Below are positions 34,109 through 35,266 of a stretch of 35,266 nt of DNA, piece after piece. Position 1 is the first letter of the stretch, and every line of letters begins with the position of its first letter. Under the pieces are notes generated by a model. That model did no database searches. It was not told the origin of the DNA and saw nothing but the letters and a program-made list of their open reading frames with translations. Both the position numbers and the translations under genes were made by a program. This DNA is from a virus (taxonomy: Duplodnaviria > Heunggongvirae > Uroviricota > Caudoviricetes): the IMG/VR virus record IMGVR_UViG_2645727970_000011, positions 1 through 35,266 of that record. One strand, given 5' to 3'.

Positions 34109-35266
34109 TCACTCCACCTTCTCATCAAGCCAATCCGCCCACCACTGCATCATTTCTCTGCGCTTATCGAGATACTGAGCATGGTTGTAAATACCGCGCA
34201 CAGATCCGCCGTTGGCATGTGCCAGTTGCACTTCAATAGCGTCAGCAGGCCATTCGTGCTCGTTCATAATTGTGCTGAATTCATGCCTGAATCCGTGACC
34301 GCTTTCCAGACCCTCATAGCCGATTTGTTTGATCACAAGCAATACCGCGTTCTCGCAGATTGGCTTCTTCTTATCGTTGCGCCCGGCAAAAACAAACTCT
34401 GAGACTGGTTTGGTGATTGAGCTTAGCGTAGTGAGAAGTTCAACCACCTGGTCTGACATCGGGACCACATGAATTTTGCGTCCCTTCATCACACTGGCGT
34501 CGATGGTGATAATCCTGTTTTCAAAATCGACGTTCTTCCATAGCATGGAACGAAGCTCTTTCGTTCTTAGGGCAGTGTAGCGTAAAACTTTGGTCGCAAT
34601 GAGCGATACGATACTTCCTGAAAATGTTGCCAGTGCTTTGTTGAATGCAGGGATCTGGTCTGCAGGAAGAAACGGGAAGTTCTTCTTGCGGTATCCCTTC
34701 ATGGCGTCAGCAAGGTCAGGTGCCGGGTTATATTTAGCCCTACCAGTGACAATAGCGTAACGGAAAACCTCGCCGCATCTTCTGCGTGCTTTGTTGGCTC
34801 GCTCCATTGCGCCGCGATCTTCAAATCTGCGGATTACTTCCAGCAGTTGCATCGGCTCAATATCCTGAATTTCAAGACCGCCGATGATGGGTAAAATGTC
34901 GTCATCAAACATTTTGGCAAGTTCAGTTGCATAGCCTACTGACCAGACTTGCTTCTTGTGCTCGTACCATTCCTTGTAAATCGCACTAAAGGAATTGTTG
35001 TTAGACGAAGCCTTTTTCGCTTTTACCGGATCGATGCCAACCGAGATGTCTTTCCTCGCAGTCCATGCTTTATCCCTTGCCTCCTGCAAAGTCATAAGCG
35101 GATATTTTCCGACGGTCAGGATTTTCTCCTTACCGTCAATCTTGTAGCGAAGCTGCCATACCTTTTTCCCTGATACAGGGACATAAAGGTACAGGCCATT
35201 ACCATCGAGAAGGCGGTATGGTTTTTCTTTCGGCTTTGCTGCTTCAATCTGCTTAACGGTGAGCAT
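34109..35266 (-). CDS. int: Tyrosine integrase, P4-type (385 aa)
   Basis: ATG is exactly the last three bases of the window; N-terminal arm-binding-like domain (LTVKQIEAAKPKEKPYRLLDGNGLYLYV) and C-terminal catalytic region with conserved R, H-x-x-R and terminal Y (GIYNHAQY). Confidence 0.85.
   Translation of the reverse strand: MLTVKQIEAAKPKEKPYRLLDGNGLYLYVPVSGKKVWQLRYKIDGKEKILTVGKYPLMTLQEARDKAWTARKDISVGIDPVKAKKASSNNNSFSAIYKEWYEHKKQVWSVGYATELAKMFDDDILPIIGGLEIQDIEPMQLLEVIRRFEDRGAMERANKARRRCGEVFRYAIVTGRAKYNPAPDLADAMKGYRKKNFPFLPADQIPAFNKALATFSGSIVSLIATKVLRYTALRTKELRSMLWKNVDFENRIITIDASVMKGRKIHVVPMSDQVVELLTTLSSITKPVSEFVFAGRNDKKKPICENAVLLVIKQIGYEGLESGHGFRHEFSTIMNEHEWPADAIEVQLAHANGGSVRGIYNHAQYLDKRREMMQWWADWLDEKVE

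Noticed and set aside
1-35266. CRISPR arrays, insertion sequences or transposases, restriction-modification genes, toxin-antitoxin pairs with recognisable families
   Set aside because: Looked for regular repeat-spacer periodicity, transposase-like ORFs with terminal inverted repeats, and methyltransferase or nuclease motifs; none seen. The only mobile-DNA gene is the phage integrase.

Overview
This window is most of a temperate, lambdoid, P22-like podovirus genome from an enterobacterium, in phage (not integrated) gene order. All protein-family calls come from reading the ORF translations and recalling known phage proteins; nothing was searched. Order, left to right: (1) a leftward early operon (minus strand) with a cIII homolog, several unknown genes and a P22-type N antiterminator with its nutL site; (2) a cI/cro/cII immunity region with pL, pR and nutR; (3) a replication module (O-like initiator with internal iterons, DnaB-type helicase); (4) a nin region (NinB, NinE, NinF, Rha-type antirepressor, RusA, NinH) ending in a Q antiterminator with a pR'-like promoter and short leader terminator; (5) two tRNA genes (predicted Asn-GUU and Thr-UGU); (6) a lambda-type lysis cassette (S with dual start, R, Rz with embedded Rz1); (7) P22-type packaging and head/tail genes (TerS, TerL, portal, scaffold, coat, gp4, gp10, tail needle, gp14, ejection proteins 7/20/16); (8) an immI-like region (mnt, arc, ant); (9) a chimeric tailspike; (10) a tyrosine integrase. 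The most interesting locus is an AT-rich three-gene cargo cassette co-oriented with mnt (29262..30362), sitting where P22 carries sieA; it encodes one soluble protein and two small membrane-anchored coiled-coil proteins and is a candidate superinfection-exclusion or abortive-infection module. Other accessory candidates are a terminator-flanked AT-rich moron and a C2H2 zinc-finger protein in the pL operon, and the novel receptor-binding part of the tailspike. Coordinates of sub-gene features (promoters, hairpins, tRNA ends) were counted by hand and may be off by a few bases.
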